The notes beneath the pieces were generated by a model, which saw nothing but the letters and a program-made list of their open reading frames with translations, made no database searches and was not told the origin of the DNA. From the NCBI RefSeq assembly GCF_006345805.1, contig NC_043001.1, positions 104,346,001 through 104,410,000 on the forward strand: a DNA stretch of 64,000 nucleotides, written 5' to 3'. Below, in pieces: positions 26,521-41,059 of the stretch (the stretch's first letter is position 1; each line of letters begins with the position of its first letter). Origin of the DNA: Octopus sinensis. Its lineage: Eukaryota. The position numbers and the translations under genes are program-made.

Positions 26521-26649
26521 TTTTATTACCCACTTCCTAAAAAGGAGCCTCAGACCAGTCACTTGTTTTATTACCCACTTCCTAAAAAGGAGTCTCAGAC
26601 CAGTCACTTGTTTTATTACCCACATCCTAAAAAGGAACCTCAGACCAGC
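26521..26649. repeat. 45-bp tandem repeat, nearly three copies
   Basis: Unit ttttattacccacttcctaaaaaggagcctcagaccagtcacttg. Confidence 0.95.
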
Positions 26650-27302
26650 AAAATTTCCTCAAAAATAAAAAAAAGAATGTTGGATGTATTGAATTTTGTA
26701 GTATCTAGATTAGTGGTTTTGGTGAAAATAAGAATATAGAATGGTTATAACTTCAACAATACTGAGCTTAAGGTCAATATTAGAACTGACCTGGAACTAA
26801 ACAATAAACAAAACCAGAAAATTGAATACAAACCCAATACAAGAAACAAAGACTTTCTCTTCCATTAGTTTCAATATCAAAGCTGTAGTGGGTTCTTTTA
26901 CCTCCACAAATTCAACAACTTTTTGTTGTGTTATTAGAGTTGAATAAATGGGATGCTACACTGAACTCACTTGCATTTCAATTCAGAAATTGTAAACATT
27001 AAACTAGTATATCAAAATCTTGTATACCATCAAGTCTGTTCCTCTTAATGCCGCACCAAATTACCAATATTCGAAAGACATGTAGAATTCCAAAACAAAG
27101 AAGCAAAGCAAAATATGTTTCGAGAAGAAAATTGTCATCAGCTATCATCTTTGAAATGGTACCAGGTTGTATTAAGTTCCTCAATTTCAGACAATGATCC
27201 AAAAGAAAGATAATACTTTCATGATTTTTTTATAAGTTTGTCAGATGAGGCAAGTTAGTTTCAATAACATTTTGGTAGCTCTGCCTCAGATTTCTAAGAA
27301 TT

Positions 27303-30300
27303 TTAGTGTATGATGTTCAACCTGAGTATCTGAAGGTAAAAAATAATTGGTGGAGAGTAACTGCTGATTTGGTCCAAATGAATGAAAGTGAGGAATTTCT
27401 CAATAAGGTCACCCAAGAACCAATCTTTTAAATATTTTGGTAGAAAACAAGAGAAATCACAGTCATGACATCTCTAGTTAGAAACACATCAGAAAGAACA
27501 TGTGACTTAGATGAAACTGCACCTTGTTACATACTGTGATGTCACAGGTAGGCTAATGATAACATTTACCTTATTTCTTAAATGAATTATAAGTCTTTAG
27601 AAAAACCTTCATAGATGACAGAATGTTGAAGGTTTTTGCAGCTTTATTTTTAACCCTTTAGCAGATTATTCAGTCAAAAGCAATGCTTAATTATCCCCGT
27701 TGTTTTGAATTAACCATGCATTATCTCATATATTTGAGACTTTCAATGGTATGACAGTACATTTTAAAAATGACATTGTAGGTTAGGTGTAAAAGGTAAG
27801 AGGTCATTGGTTTTGAACATAAGACAGGTAGGATATTTGGGTTTGATATTATAGCCAGTTTAAATGCTAAAGGGTTAAACATGTATTTGTATGAATTTTT
27901 ATGAACATTAAGGAATTAAAAGCATTAAATTTTATTACAAATGTGAGCACACACACAGTGAGGTAAGAAGTTAGTTTCCAAACCACATGCGTCTGGGCTC
28001 AGACCCAATGTGTGATGCATTCTACTATAGCCTGGGACCAACCAAAGCCTTGTTAGTCGAGTTGGCATGTGTAAACTGAAAGAAGCCCATCATATACACA
28101 TGTGTATGTGTGTGAGTTTATGTCTGTGCTTGGAAACCAGTGTTGTTGTGTTTACATCCTTGTAACTTAGCAGTTTGGCAAAACAGACCAATACAATGAG
28201 TAACAAAAAAATTACTCATTTTTTATGAATTCATTCAACTAAAAATTCTCCAGGGCAGTGTCCAGCCATTGCCACAATCTAATGAGTGAAAGAGAAGGGC
28301 GCATTGAAGGGCTCTGCCTGCATAAATGGAACAAAGGAGAGATAAAAACCTCTGGGGTTAAGATGCTTGTCTGTTTCAGTTCACATTACTACAGTATCTA
28401 TAACATTATTTCTACAGCAACACAAACAGAAGCAAATTATAGAGAAATGCTTTGCCTCACCTAAGAAAGACAAATACAGACTAAATACCTGGCTGGATTT
28501 GATCCCTTGACCCAATAATTTACTCCAATAACTATAGCATTTCTACAGGTCTATCTATCTCAGCAGTTTATAATTAAATAACACCAGATTTATTAACAAC
28601 TCAGTTACTTTCATCTCTGTAATTGTTTAGCCCCAGGCCATACCTGATCCAGGGGACCTGGGTGTGAAAGTGGATGGCTGTATTTTAAATGGGTATGGGA
28701 ATGGTTGGGTAGGGAAGATGTTCAATTTGCAACCACATGATTCCTGATTCAATCCCAATTCCCAGCACCTTGGACAAGTGTTTTCTACCATAGTAATTGT
28801 TTGACAAATTCCTTGTGAATAAAATATGGTAGATGGAAACTGTGTAGAAGACCAGCTGTTGCTTGTACATTGAAGCCTCTGTCTACAGCACAATGTTATC
28901 TAAGGAAAAGACAAAGGCCAATACAGTTCCACAGTAGTGTCACCACAAGCATGGCTGTGAGAAGGGAAAGAGCAGAATGAGATACCAAAAGGCATCCAAT
29001 CAGGACTGCTACTATTATTATCAAATTCCAAAAGTGAAAGGTAAAATTCACTGGTATTTGAACTCAGAATATAGGCAACCAAGACAAATACTGCAAAGCC
29101 TTCTACCCGATGCTGTGATCACTCTGCCAATATACTGCACAGTAAATAAATCGTAACAACTAACCTCAGGGCCTTTGAAGTATTCTTCTGCAAATTTCCT
29201 ACAAAAGAAAGAAACAAATTTTCATCACAACATCGCAATTTTCATCATTATTTCTACATCAACTCACAAAAAGAACCATTACAGAACTGTTCTAAATATA
29301 CAATACATTTGAATAGGTTTAATCTCTAATTATCACCAGGCATCATATTTGTGGATATCTGTAGAGTATGAAACTGGAATGTATTTAGTGTACTAAGATT
29401 TCTCAGTCAGCAAAAGCAGCCATGGTGAGTCGATGTCAGTTTTAGGTTTATCTTAACTGGCTTCTTAACAAGAGCATGACTCTTGCTAATAGGTAAAGCA
29501 TCTTGGTTTTCCAAAAGGAACAAATGAATAAATAATATCACAAAGTATTATAAATGCTTCAAATTTTCATTAAGCTTGAAACTCGTGTTCATTCATTCAA
29601 ATTAAGCTTCATTCAATTATTCTGGCAAAAGACTTTTGTCTTTGAATAACAAGTAATTCTTCATTATCTCCATTCTGTACTGCTCACTGGCCAATCTTTG
29701 GTCAGTTTTGGTAGCATATCAGGCATTTTAAGAAGGGGTTGCAAACCCTTTGATTTAACCCTTCCCCAATTATAGAGACAGAGACACTGTGGATGTGCCC
29801 TAAGGTATTTTACACAGCACAATGACACTAATGCAAAGAAAGTTAGAGTGTTAAGAATTTATCCCTGAATTTGATTGGTAATCTATTTATCAGACCCAGG
29901 AGGATAGAAGGTAATGTTGACTTCTGTGGGATTTGAACTCATAGCAAAGTGTGCTGGAAAGAGAAGTACAACATATTCAATCTGACACTCTCATGATCCT
30001 GTCAATTTCCACCAAACAAATACTTAGTAACTTTTTAATAGTCCACTAAGCAAACATAGCTATGTATGCTCAGAGGAATATTAAAACGGAGATCATTAGT
30101 TATTACAGGTTATTATTTTTATCATTATTCCTTAACTTTGTCCCACCTTGCTCCTCCTTGCCTGGCTGACTGACGTAGCCAACTACCTCCTCTATAGTAA
30201 GACAACTATCTCTGTCTCTCTGTCATACACTAAATTCTTGCCAGGCTCACAGCCATATCTCTCAAATCCACTCCGTCTCTCATCTAAGAGCCCATTGGCA

Positions 30301-31553
30301 ACTAACTCCACTTGTGCTGGTTCCACGTGATGGCACATGTGACACTGCCTTGTAGGAAGTTCCTATGCTACTGCCACATAAAATACGCTAAGTACACGCT
30401 CTAAAGTAGTTGGTGTTAGGAAGGGCTCCCAGCAGCAGAGACCATGCCAAAACATACACATGGAGCCTATTGTGTCCCTCCAGCTTGCCAGTTCCTATCA
30501 AACTATCCAATCCATACCATTAAATGATGATGGTTATACATGATGTTGATGATGGTGGTGGTGTTAAAGGTCTTTACTTGTAGGTAAAAAAATATTTTAC
30601 TTTTTATAATTGAATCAGGGCAAAATGAAGACAGACCAGGTTGAGATGACAATCATTTTAACTGAGAGATCTTGCAGATTTAAACAGGACTATTATATGT
30701 AATATAATCTTTACATGACTTTGTAGCGCAGAAGATTTCAAAGACATAATTTCTTATACATTATTTGTTATTTGTATTAAAATTTCAGATTTGTTTTCAA
30801 TTTCAGTTTCATAAAAATGAGACACTTTCATCAAAAAGCAATCAAGATTGGCAGATTATTTTATCCAAAGTTTGATGTCATCATCTTCAACATCGTAATC
30901 ATCATTTAATATCTGTTTTCCATGCCAGCATAGATTGGATTGTTTTCCAAGAACTGGCAAGGTGGGGAGCTGCAACAAGCTCCGGTCCTCTGCTTTGGTG
31001 AGGTTGTTATGGCTGAATGGACTTCCAACCACTTTCCAGAGTGCATTGGGTGCTTTTGAAGTGGCATCAGCAGAGATACATCTTACATGGCCCCAGGAAA
31101 GGGGAATCTTAATTTTAATCAGAGTTTAAAACGTTTTATTGTTCAATTCATTTCAATGTGAACTGGGGAAAGAAATGATCTTGAACTGAAAATTTCCCAC
31201 TTATTCTATTTCTCCCCTGTCTCTGTTCTGTGTGTGTATGAAATAGGTTTGAGCCTTTTGTCTTGCAGTTAAATACATAGAAACAAAAATGTTGCGCAAC
31301 CAGGACTTACTGAAGTTGAAATACTGAACAGAGATATTTCATGTTGTCTCATATCAACGATGTCATGGCTTCTCTTATTAATTTCTACATTTATAGTTCC
31401 TTATATCATTATCATATTTATACATCACAATCTCCTCATAATTCAAAGTCAAAATCAAACTTAAGCAGAATATTATACACTCCCTTACATTGCCTGTTCT
31501 CGTCCAAACTCTTCTGGATAACGGTTCACTTTGTTCACGAAATGTATATATCT
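27303..31553 (-). CDS. Cassette U5: X 31553-31489 + Z 29198-29165 + T 27329-27303; RYIHFVNKVNRYPEEFGREQAM|KFAEEYFKGPE|ILRLNIIH*
   Basis: catttccag|AGATAT..GCAAT|gtaagg (65 nt); ttcttttgtag|GAAATT..CCTGAG|gttagt (34 nt); ttttaccttcag|ATACTC..CACTAA. Confidence 0.7.
27654..27874. mobile_element. Short piggyBac-type MITE
   Basis: TTAA-CCCTTTAGCA ... TGCTAAAGGG-TTAA. Confidence 0.8.
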
Positions 31554-32637
31554 CTGGAAATGATTACAACAAAAGCATTAGTTTTAACTTTATAATAAAA
31601 GCAATGATTTGATATTAATAATTCTATTTTGGACTGGTTTCGACTCTTCAATGAAACAAAACACTACCTGACTCATAGAAACACTATAGAAAAATAACAA
31701 CTAAATCTTTTCTCTATAAATGCTAAATTCCAGTAAAGAGCTGAAATCATTGACTGATGGGGGATGTTGCCTAACTTGAGAAGTAATGCACTAAAGGGAT
31801 GTAACATAATACTACAAGGCATTTCATCTTACACAGTCAACTGATTTTGATATTCCTTTCTTAAAAAAAGATTCTATGTAGTCACCAAAAGATAGCAACA
31901 AAATCTCCCTTAAATCTTGCAAAAAACTAAAAGGTGTGGCTGTGTGGTAAGTCCATTAGTTTACATTTGAAAGGAGGAATGGGTATTTCTCCTACCAACC
32001 ACAAACTCTACCTCTGCCTATCACCTGAAATGTTATTTCTTGTCTTATGAAAAGATAGAAAGCTATGTTGACCTCAGCAGAATTTTGAATACAGAAATTC
32101 AAGAAAGGTATTATGCTGTCATTTGATCTGCTCAGCTAAATGTTCATCAACTATCATCATCACTCAATGTCTGTTTTCCATGCTGCCATGGGTTGAACTG
32201 TCTAACAGGAGCTGACTAGGCTCCATGTCTACTTTTGTATTGTTTCTATAGCTTGATGCCCTTCCTATTACCAACCACTTTACAGAGTGTACTGGATGCT
32301 TTTATGCAAAACCAGCATGGGTGTGTATACATGGCATTTGACTGGGTGGATTTTATGTGGCACCAACACCCATGAGCTTCCAATATTATGAATGCTCAGT
32401 TAGAGAAGGGTGCAGTGGTATTGCTTGTATGCAAGGACAACAACACCTCTACTTAGCTTGACGTGTCATGTCAAGCACAGCAAACTACCAGGAGTCCCAG
32501 ACCCTGTCATTCCCTCTGTGAGACTCAACATCTGAAGATCCTCTCTCACCACTTCATCCCACATCCTCCTGGGTCTACTCCTTCCAATTTAAAAGTGTTT
32601 AAAATAAGTTTTTCCGAAGAGGTGGGTTAGTTTTCAT

Positions 32638-35600
32638 TTAAATTTGATAACAGTGTTTGTTGTTTGACTTCAATATCTGAAGGGAAAAAACAAGTGGACA
32701 GAGAGGAAACTGTTGATTTGGTCCAAATGCATGAAGGTGAGAGAATTCAAGATAAATGCACCCAAGAAGCAGATGGTGATGTTAAACTGGGTGGCATGTA
32801 AAGCCTGCAGCCAGTTTCCTGATAAAGCAAAGAGTAGTTTGATGAAAACCAAACAGCTGGTCATCTTATGTTCATATGAATGAAATTAATGACCTGTAGA
32901 TTGGAAATCATCATCATCATCATAGTTTTAATGTTCACATTTTACAGCTTTCATGGGTTTGGCAGAATTCATTCATGTAAATGTTTTTTACAGAGTGATG
33001 ACTTAATATGTTTCTTTAGTCTTTAGACTCCCATGGAAAGACATTTGGAGCTAAACCACAATAACTGTAATAGTAACAACAATAGCCACAAACATCACAG
33101 TCAATGCTGCTGCTGATGCTGCTGTTACCCTTACCTTGAGAAGTAAAACAATGCTGAATCTAAAAAGGGTTGTTAAGGGCTCTGGCTAGATGAGATAAAA
33201 TAGATGACAGATAACAAGTCTGTGGTTAGGATGCTTAACTGTTTCAACCCACATTAACAGAGGATCTACTAACTTATTTCCAACAGCTACACAAACTCAA
33301 TATGCTGCCTCATATAAAATAAATAGTGAGAACTAACCGTGCTACTTCCAAAATATTTTTCAGCTAGAGATCTGCAAAAGAAAGAAAGGAACACACATAA
33401 TGACTATCATCATCAACATCATGATCATCATCATTTTTATGTCTCTAGACAAAGAAAAACATCATAAGATTATAACTTTTTGTACAACTTCATCATGAGA
33501 CATGAATTTTCTTTTAATATTGGAACCTACATTTCGACTTCATTTCAATTACTTTCATTTCTGAACCATATTACAAGTTTTATTCCTGGCTTAATGCATG
33601 GTTCCATACCATTAATATTTCAGCAAAGACAGAAATATTGGCTTTTAAATTTGGCACAAGGCCTGCAATGTCAACTGGTACTTATTTTATCAACCCTGAA
33701 AACATGAAAGCCAAAGATGACCTTGGTGAGATATAAACTCAGAATGTGAAGATGGACAAAATACCACTAAGCACTTTGCCTGGCATAGTAACGATTCTGC
33801 CAGCTCACCACCATAGCAAACACAGAAATATTGAACTGATGTCACAACTGGCCTTACTAATTGCATTATTGGTAAGACGTATATATCCTATATATACAAA
33901 ACAAACAGCCAAAGAAACAAAGAAATACAGAAAACATGTTACTGTGGACCTGTTTAGTTCTGTAGAGTGTTAGAGTAATCAAGAATGAGGCCAGACTGGA
34001 GTTTATATTCTGGTAGTCCTTGTAGTGTGAATGGACACCATACAGATTAATGAACCAAAGCTACATAGAAATCATAAGAGGATCACACCTTCAACATGTC
34101 TGAGGTGTAGAATAACACTTGGGGCATTTGATTGCTCATTTCCATTTTGTGCAGTGTTTCACATGTCACATTGGCACAGCAATTTTTCTTCTTCTTAAAC
34201 AAATATTGTTATCAAACAACCACTACATATAATCTTGAAGCAGATGGAGTACATAAGTCTTAGTTGTAGTTGCTGATGTTTTGTCGCAAACACAGCTCTC
34301 ATCCAGCACACTTATAATCAAACATGTTGTAGCCATAATGAATTTCTCGCTTTTTTAAAAGAGGATCACACCCTCAACAGGTCTGATGTGTTGAATAACA
34401 CTTGGGGCATTTGCTTGCTCATTTTCACATGCATAACAATTTTCCTCCTTGTTAAATATTATAAATTAAACACCAAAGATAAACTTGCAGCATGTAGAGT
34501 CTATTGACTTTGGCTGTTGTTGTACATCATAACCACATATTCCCAAAGATGGTCCTTAGGATTCACTTTAGTCATATTCCTGACAATAGCATCTGAATAC
34601 ACTACCAACCTAGGCATGACTTTTGGATTGCCAAAGAAAAAAAAAAGATTAAATTTTTTTTTTTTGTCAGAACATAAAGTATTGCAATTGAGAGGTGAAA
34701 ATCATTTTCACTGACCAGCTGTGGCTATTTAATTCTGCCATGACTACAATGTCACTTGGCCTGATAGGTCTTCTTCTCAAGCACAGCATATTATCGAAAG
34801 GCTCAGTGATTTGTTATTGCCACCATGAGGCTTGATGCTCATCATCAACACCATCATCGTTGTCATTGTTTAATGTCTGCCTTCCATGCTGGCGTGGGAA
34901 AGACAGTTTGACAGGAGCTGGCCAGGCAGGTTTTTGTATTTGTCTTGGAAGGTTTTTACAGCTGGATGTCTTTCTAACACAATCCACCCAGCAGAGTAGA
35001 CATTTTTTGTAGCACTAGCAAAGGTGAGGTGAGTTTTGGTAAGGTTTTTACAGCTGTGTGCTCTTCCAGATGCCAACCACTTAACAGTGTGGATGTGGTG
35101 CTTTTTAAGTGACACATGCACCGATGGGGTCACCAAGTAACTTGCAACAAAAAATCTTTTGAGAGGGAGGGGGCATTGGAGTAGGTAGCTTCGTGTGAGA
35201 TGATAAAAGGGTATAGTGAACCAGAGGAGGGACAAGGTTAACCAGCCAAGGGAGGTAGAGAGAGAGAGATCAGGAATGAGGACAGAAACATGTGTGCTGC
35301 CATAAACGAGATACATAGTTACCCAGCTTGAGGAAAGAGTAGGAGAATGAGAGAGGGAGAGCAGGAGACAGCAGGATAGAGATGGTAGCAAAGTGCTGGG
35401 CATACTCACAAAGGATAACATTCAAAATATAAATGGGATGGTTGAGTAAAAAAGAAAAAGACAGAGATAGATGGTGGCATACCCTATGAGGTTAAATGTA
35501 AATGGCAAGACATTGCCAAAGAATACTATTCTATATTTTCAAGATGAGGAATTATGTACATTATTTACAATAGATGGATAGGTGTCATCACCTTCTTGTT

Positions 35601-38600
35601 TGTTGTTAAAATATTTTGGCTGGTGTACTCTCCAGCCTTCATCAGGTGTTCTGGTGAAATTTCAATGGGTAACTCTGTTCTCAATCCTAAGATATTCCTT
35701 TTTGCTGATGTTATTTTACTATCATTTTCTGTAGATATTACTTCCCAACTCCCTGCTCGGGATGGAACTCAGAATGCAAAGGTTAATAGCCTGCACTCTT
35801 ATACAGAATGCTATGTGCCCATAGGCAATTATAGAGTAAATTTTCGAGTTTATAAACTTAAATTTTTATGTTTTCTTGATATTGGTGTAGCAGCACCGTA
35901 GTCAACTGCTACAAAGAGAAAGTTGAATCTTTTGATAGAAATAACTAGAGGAGTATCAAATTATTGGATCAGGTGATGAAAGTCATAGAGAGGGTCATAG
36001 CTCAACTAATTAGAGGGAGAGTTAGCCTAGATGAGATGCATTTTAGTTCTGTGCCAGACAGAAGCATCGCTGATGTTATATTTCTGCTAAGGCAACTGCA
36101 GAAAATACCTAGCCAAAGATAAACCTCTGTACTTGGCTTTTGTTGACTTGGAGAAAGCCTTTGACAGGGTCCCCCAATCCCTTATCTAGTGGTCAATGCA
36201 GAAACTAGGGATAGACGAGTGGTGGGTAAGAGCTGTACAAGCCCTGTACAGGGATACTGTCATTAAGGTGAGGCTTGGCAATGAGCATTGTGAAGAATTC
36301 TGAGTAGAAGTAAGTGCTCACCAAGGATCACTCCTTAGCCCCCTCTTATTCATTATAGCCCTCCAAGCAATAACAAAGGAATTCAAGACAGGCTGCCCTT
36401 GGGAGCTCCTCTATACTGATGACCTTGCTCTAATAGCTGAGTCACTGCCAGGGTGTGGAAGCAAGGTCTAGAATCGAAGGGTCTTAGGGTTAACCGAGCA
36501 AAAATCAAAGTCTTGGTAAGAAGGCTGTCAGGTAAATAGCCCTGCTTGATCTGTAGAAAACGTGTGGGTAGAAACTCCATACAATGTACCTGGTGTAAGC
36601 TATGGACACATAAAAGGTGCAGCAAAGGAAGGTTAGCTGGGAAAATAATTTTTGTGTGTGGCAGATGCACTGGGGCAATAACCACTGAAAATATACAGAA
36701 AACAGATTCATCACATTTCACCAGGAGAAGCTAGAAGTAGTTAATAGCTTCTGCTACCCAGGCAACCAAGTCTATAGTGGGGGTGGCTGCTCTGAGAGTG
36801 TAGCAACTAGAGTAAGAACAGCCTGGGCAAAGTTCAGGGAGCTCCTACCTTTGCTGGCAACTAACGACCTCTCGCTCAGAGTGGAAGGAAGACTGTATGA
36901 TGCATGTGTGCAAACTGCCATGCTACATGGCAGTGAAACATGGGCCATGAATGTCGATGACATGCATAGGCTTGAAAGAAAATGAAGGTCAAATCGTCCA
37001 CCCATTACATTCTTGGAGTGATTGGTGTTGGGAAGGGCATCCAGCTGTAGAAACATTGCCAGATCAGATTGGAGCCTGGTGCAGCCGCTGGCTCTCCAGA
37101 CCTCAGTCAAACCCTCCAATCCATGCCAGCATGGAAAATGGACATTAAATGATGATGATGATGATGATATCAGCACTAGGTCTCTTTTGAAGGTTATTGT
37201 GACCTAGCATATGTGCTGCCTTTTTAGTTTTCATATTTTTCAGTGGTGTTAACAGAGCTGGACGTGTGTGGCTGCAATCTACCCACTTCAGAGTAAATAT
37301 GATATATATTAACAGGAAGAGGGTTTAGCTATGGATTCACTATTATCACCAGAAATTGAAAATATATACATGGAATACTTTGAGAATTTAACTTTAGGAT
37401 CAACACCACTAAAGCCAACCCCATGGCTTTGATATGTTGATGACACATTTATACTATGGCCCCACCAGGAGGATGTCCAAGTACTGCTAGATTACATGAA
37501 CTCAATAAAGCCATCCATACAGTTCACAGTGGAAAAAGGAAAAAGACAATCAGCTAGCATTCCTGGATGTATTAATAACACACACTAAGTATGGGTTCAG
37601 GGCATCTGAATACCACAATCCAACCTTCATGGATGATACCTCGACTTCAATTTCTATCATCCATACAGTATAAATAGTGGGATTGCTCGGTGCCTAAAAC
37701 ATTGAGCAAAGACTATAAATAGCAATCCTGATATACACCACCAAGAAATGATCAGGCTAAGAAACAATCTACTATGCCACAGCCACCTTGAAAACATAGT
37801 GTCCACTCCTATTAGGAAGTGGAGAGAGGATGAAACCCATAAATTGACCACAGTCTGTGTATCCTATGTCAAAGGCCTCTTGGAAAAGATACCAAAGATA
37901 TGCAGTCCATTTGACATCAAGACAGTATTCAGAGGTAATACAACTCTTCTCAAATATCTCCTCTGAGTAAAACTACCCAGAGAAGAAAATATGGTCAAAA
38001 ACTCCATCCCATGTAGTTGCAGTAGGGTATACAAGGGAAAAACATGCTGCCCCCTTAAAATAAAAGTAGAAGAACATCATAAAGCTGTGATACGAGGGGA
38101 TATTGACAAATCAGGTATCACAGATCATGTATGGAAAAATGCAGACCACCTCCTCCTGTGGGATGAAGTTAAAATTATAGACAGACAACACCACTGGTAA
38201 ATATGAAAACTAAAAGAAGCAGCACATATGCTAGGACACAATAACCTGCTAAGGAGACCTAGTGTAGATATGAATGTAATATGGGAATTGGTATGAAGAA
38301 AATATATTAGGTGCATCATCATCATCATCATTTAGCATCTCCCTTACATGCTAGCATGGGTGGGATGATTTCACAAGACTTCTGTAACTGTTTTGGCAGG
38401 AATTTTACAGCAGAGTGGACTTAGTGCTTTTCACATGGCACAAGTACAGGCAAAGTCAGTAGTGCTTCTTACGTGGCACAAGCACAGGTGAGGTCAGAAG
38501 TGCTTTTTATGAGGCACATGCACAGGTGAGGTCAGTTTTGGCAAGGTTTTGAGAGCTTGATATCCTTCTGAACACCAACCACTTTATAGTGTGGACTGGG

Positions 38601-38772
38601 GACTTTTAAGTGGCGCCTGCACCGACAGGGTCACCAAGTACTTGCAAACCAAAAAAAAAAACTTTCAAGAGGGGAAGAAGCATTGGAGGAGATGATCTTG
38701 TGTTGGATGATGAAAGGTTATAGTGAGACAGATACAGGTGTCTCATTATAGAGGAAGTACAAGGTTATGCAG

Positions 38773-38847
<75 letters not shown>

Positions 38848-41014
38848 AGGAATATAGACAGAAATGGGTGTGCTGCCACAAAGGAGATCCATGGTTACCC
38901 AACCTGAGGGAAGTGCAAGAGAAGGGGAGAGAGAGAGCGAGAGAGAGAGTTGGAGACAGCAGGATAGAGATGGTGGAGAAATACTGTGCAGATTCACAAG
39001 GAACAATGATCAGAATATAAATGGGATGGTTAAATAAAGGAAGAAACAGGTATTGATGGTGGAAAGTGCTGGGGCATACCCCTGAGGTTCAAAGGTCATA
39101 ATATAAGTCGCAGGATATTGCAAAAGAAGAGTGATTAAGGAGTGCAAGTAAGTGGTGAAAATCCAGGGTATATATAGAGTCAGGGGGCTACTGGATAGCA
39201 ATAATACAGAGGAATAGGGGCATGAGGACAGGTCATAATAATAAATGTGAATAGAGAGTGGGGAGTGGAAGTGAGAGGTGAAAACCTGTGTATATACAGA
39301 GTCAGGGGGACTACCAGATAGCAATGATACAGAGAAAATGGGCTATGAGGATAGGATTGGGGAGTGAGTCATAGGCATAGTGCATGAAGGAGGAAATGTG
39401 AGGAAGAGAAAACATGTAGAGCTGCAGATTGGTTTACTGGGGTAGATGGGTGAAAAGTTTTCTTTCTGCGCATGTCTCAATACCATGGAGTATAACCATT
39501 TAAACACAAGCATCACACAGTCTACCTTTCACTCTGAGAGAGAGAGAGTTCTTTTATTGCAAACAGAGGCAATAGATTACTGAACTTCCTCCATCTTATT
39601 CCAGAATGGTCTCAAATTCTGGCACAGTACCAGCAACTTCAGGAGAGGGCTAAGTCAATAACATTGCCCCCATAGCTAAATTTTTACTTATTCTATCAAA
39701 TGTGAAAGGATGAAAGGTAAAGTCAACCTCAACAGAATTTCAACTCAGAATGTAAAGATGGATGAAATGTTACTAAGCATTATGAATGTTGTGCTAAAGC
39801 CTCTGACAAATCACCACCTTATATTGGGTCATCCACAAATAATGTGGTATTTTTGCAGATATATGAACTAAAAGTCGGATGGGGATGGGATAAACTACCT
39901 GCATCAACTTGCTTTTAAAAGCAGGTAATAACTGTACCTTGTACTTATCCTTTTTCTTAGTGCAAGTTTTGAAGAGTGCAGCTCAATTTTAACAGTTATT
40001 TTTTCAAAATTATAATGGAAGTGACAAAGGAGCATATTCAGCATATTTTGCTAAATGAATTCAATAAAGGCAACACAGTAATGGAAAACGTGAGGAATAT
40101 TGGTGCAGTATATGAGGATCAGACAATAAACATAAGCCAGAGTCAACAGTGGATCCAGAAATTCCAAGCCAGAAACTATGGCCTAGAAGATGAGCTTCAA
40201 CCTAGAAGATATGTAGAGCTCAACGAGGATGTCCTGCAAACCCTGGTGGAACAAAATCCCATTGTAACTGTTGAGGAACTAGCAGAGCAGCTTGGATTTG
40301 GTCATCCAACCATTCATAGACACCTGCATGCCAGCACAAAAGTTAACAAATAAAATCAAGGGGTTCCTCACAAACTTTCAAAGTCTATTCATGTGCAGAG
40401 ATTGAACGTGTGCTCTTCTTTGTAGTCACATCTCACAAATGAACCTTCCTTGGACTGAATAGTGACTGGTGATGAGAAATGGGTTCTCTATAAAAATGTC
40501 AAGTGCTGAAGACAGGAGGTAGGGAAAGGGGAAACATTGGCACCCCAGGCTAAAGAAGGTCTTCACCCACATAATGTGTTGTCATCTGTTGGGTGAGATA
40601 TAAAAGGTTTAGTCCACTTTGAACTTTTAAACCTAAACCAAGTGATAACAAAGGAGATCTACTGTGAGCAGCTTTTGTGGCTTAAGTCAACGCTAGAAGA
40701 AAAACGACCATCTTTGGTTTGAAGACGAAAGATGTTCTTCCATCAGGATAATGCTCAGCCACATGCAGACTTCAAAATCATTTGAACAGAAAAAATATGA
40801 ATTCTGTAGATGAAGTCAAAACAGTACAGAAGGAATATGCTTCATAATTGACAAGTCAATTTTGGAAGCAGGGGCCTTACAAGTCTAGCAGATAGATGGA
40901 AGAGCATTGTAGAAAATGAGGGAGTGTATATTTTAGATTGAAAAAGAACTTTGTTTATTCTAATTTTGAAAGCAAAAAACAAAATTTCAAACCTATTATT
41001 TATGGGATGCCCCA

Positions 41015-41059
<45 letters not shown>

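Noticed and set aside
32670-32864. Hydrophobic ORF MTSCLVFIKLLF... resembling a signal peptide or membrane protein
   Set aside because: It is the intron upstream of the T acceptor; the frame is not preserved in the paralogous copy at ~52800-52990.
33746-33973. Duplicated ORF MKMDKIPLSTLPGIV... (also 54141)
   Set aside because: It starts within the antisense strand of a SINE head; the identity comes from the segmental duplication.
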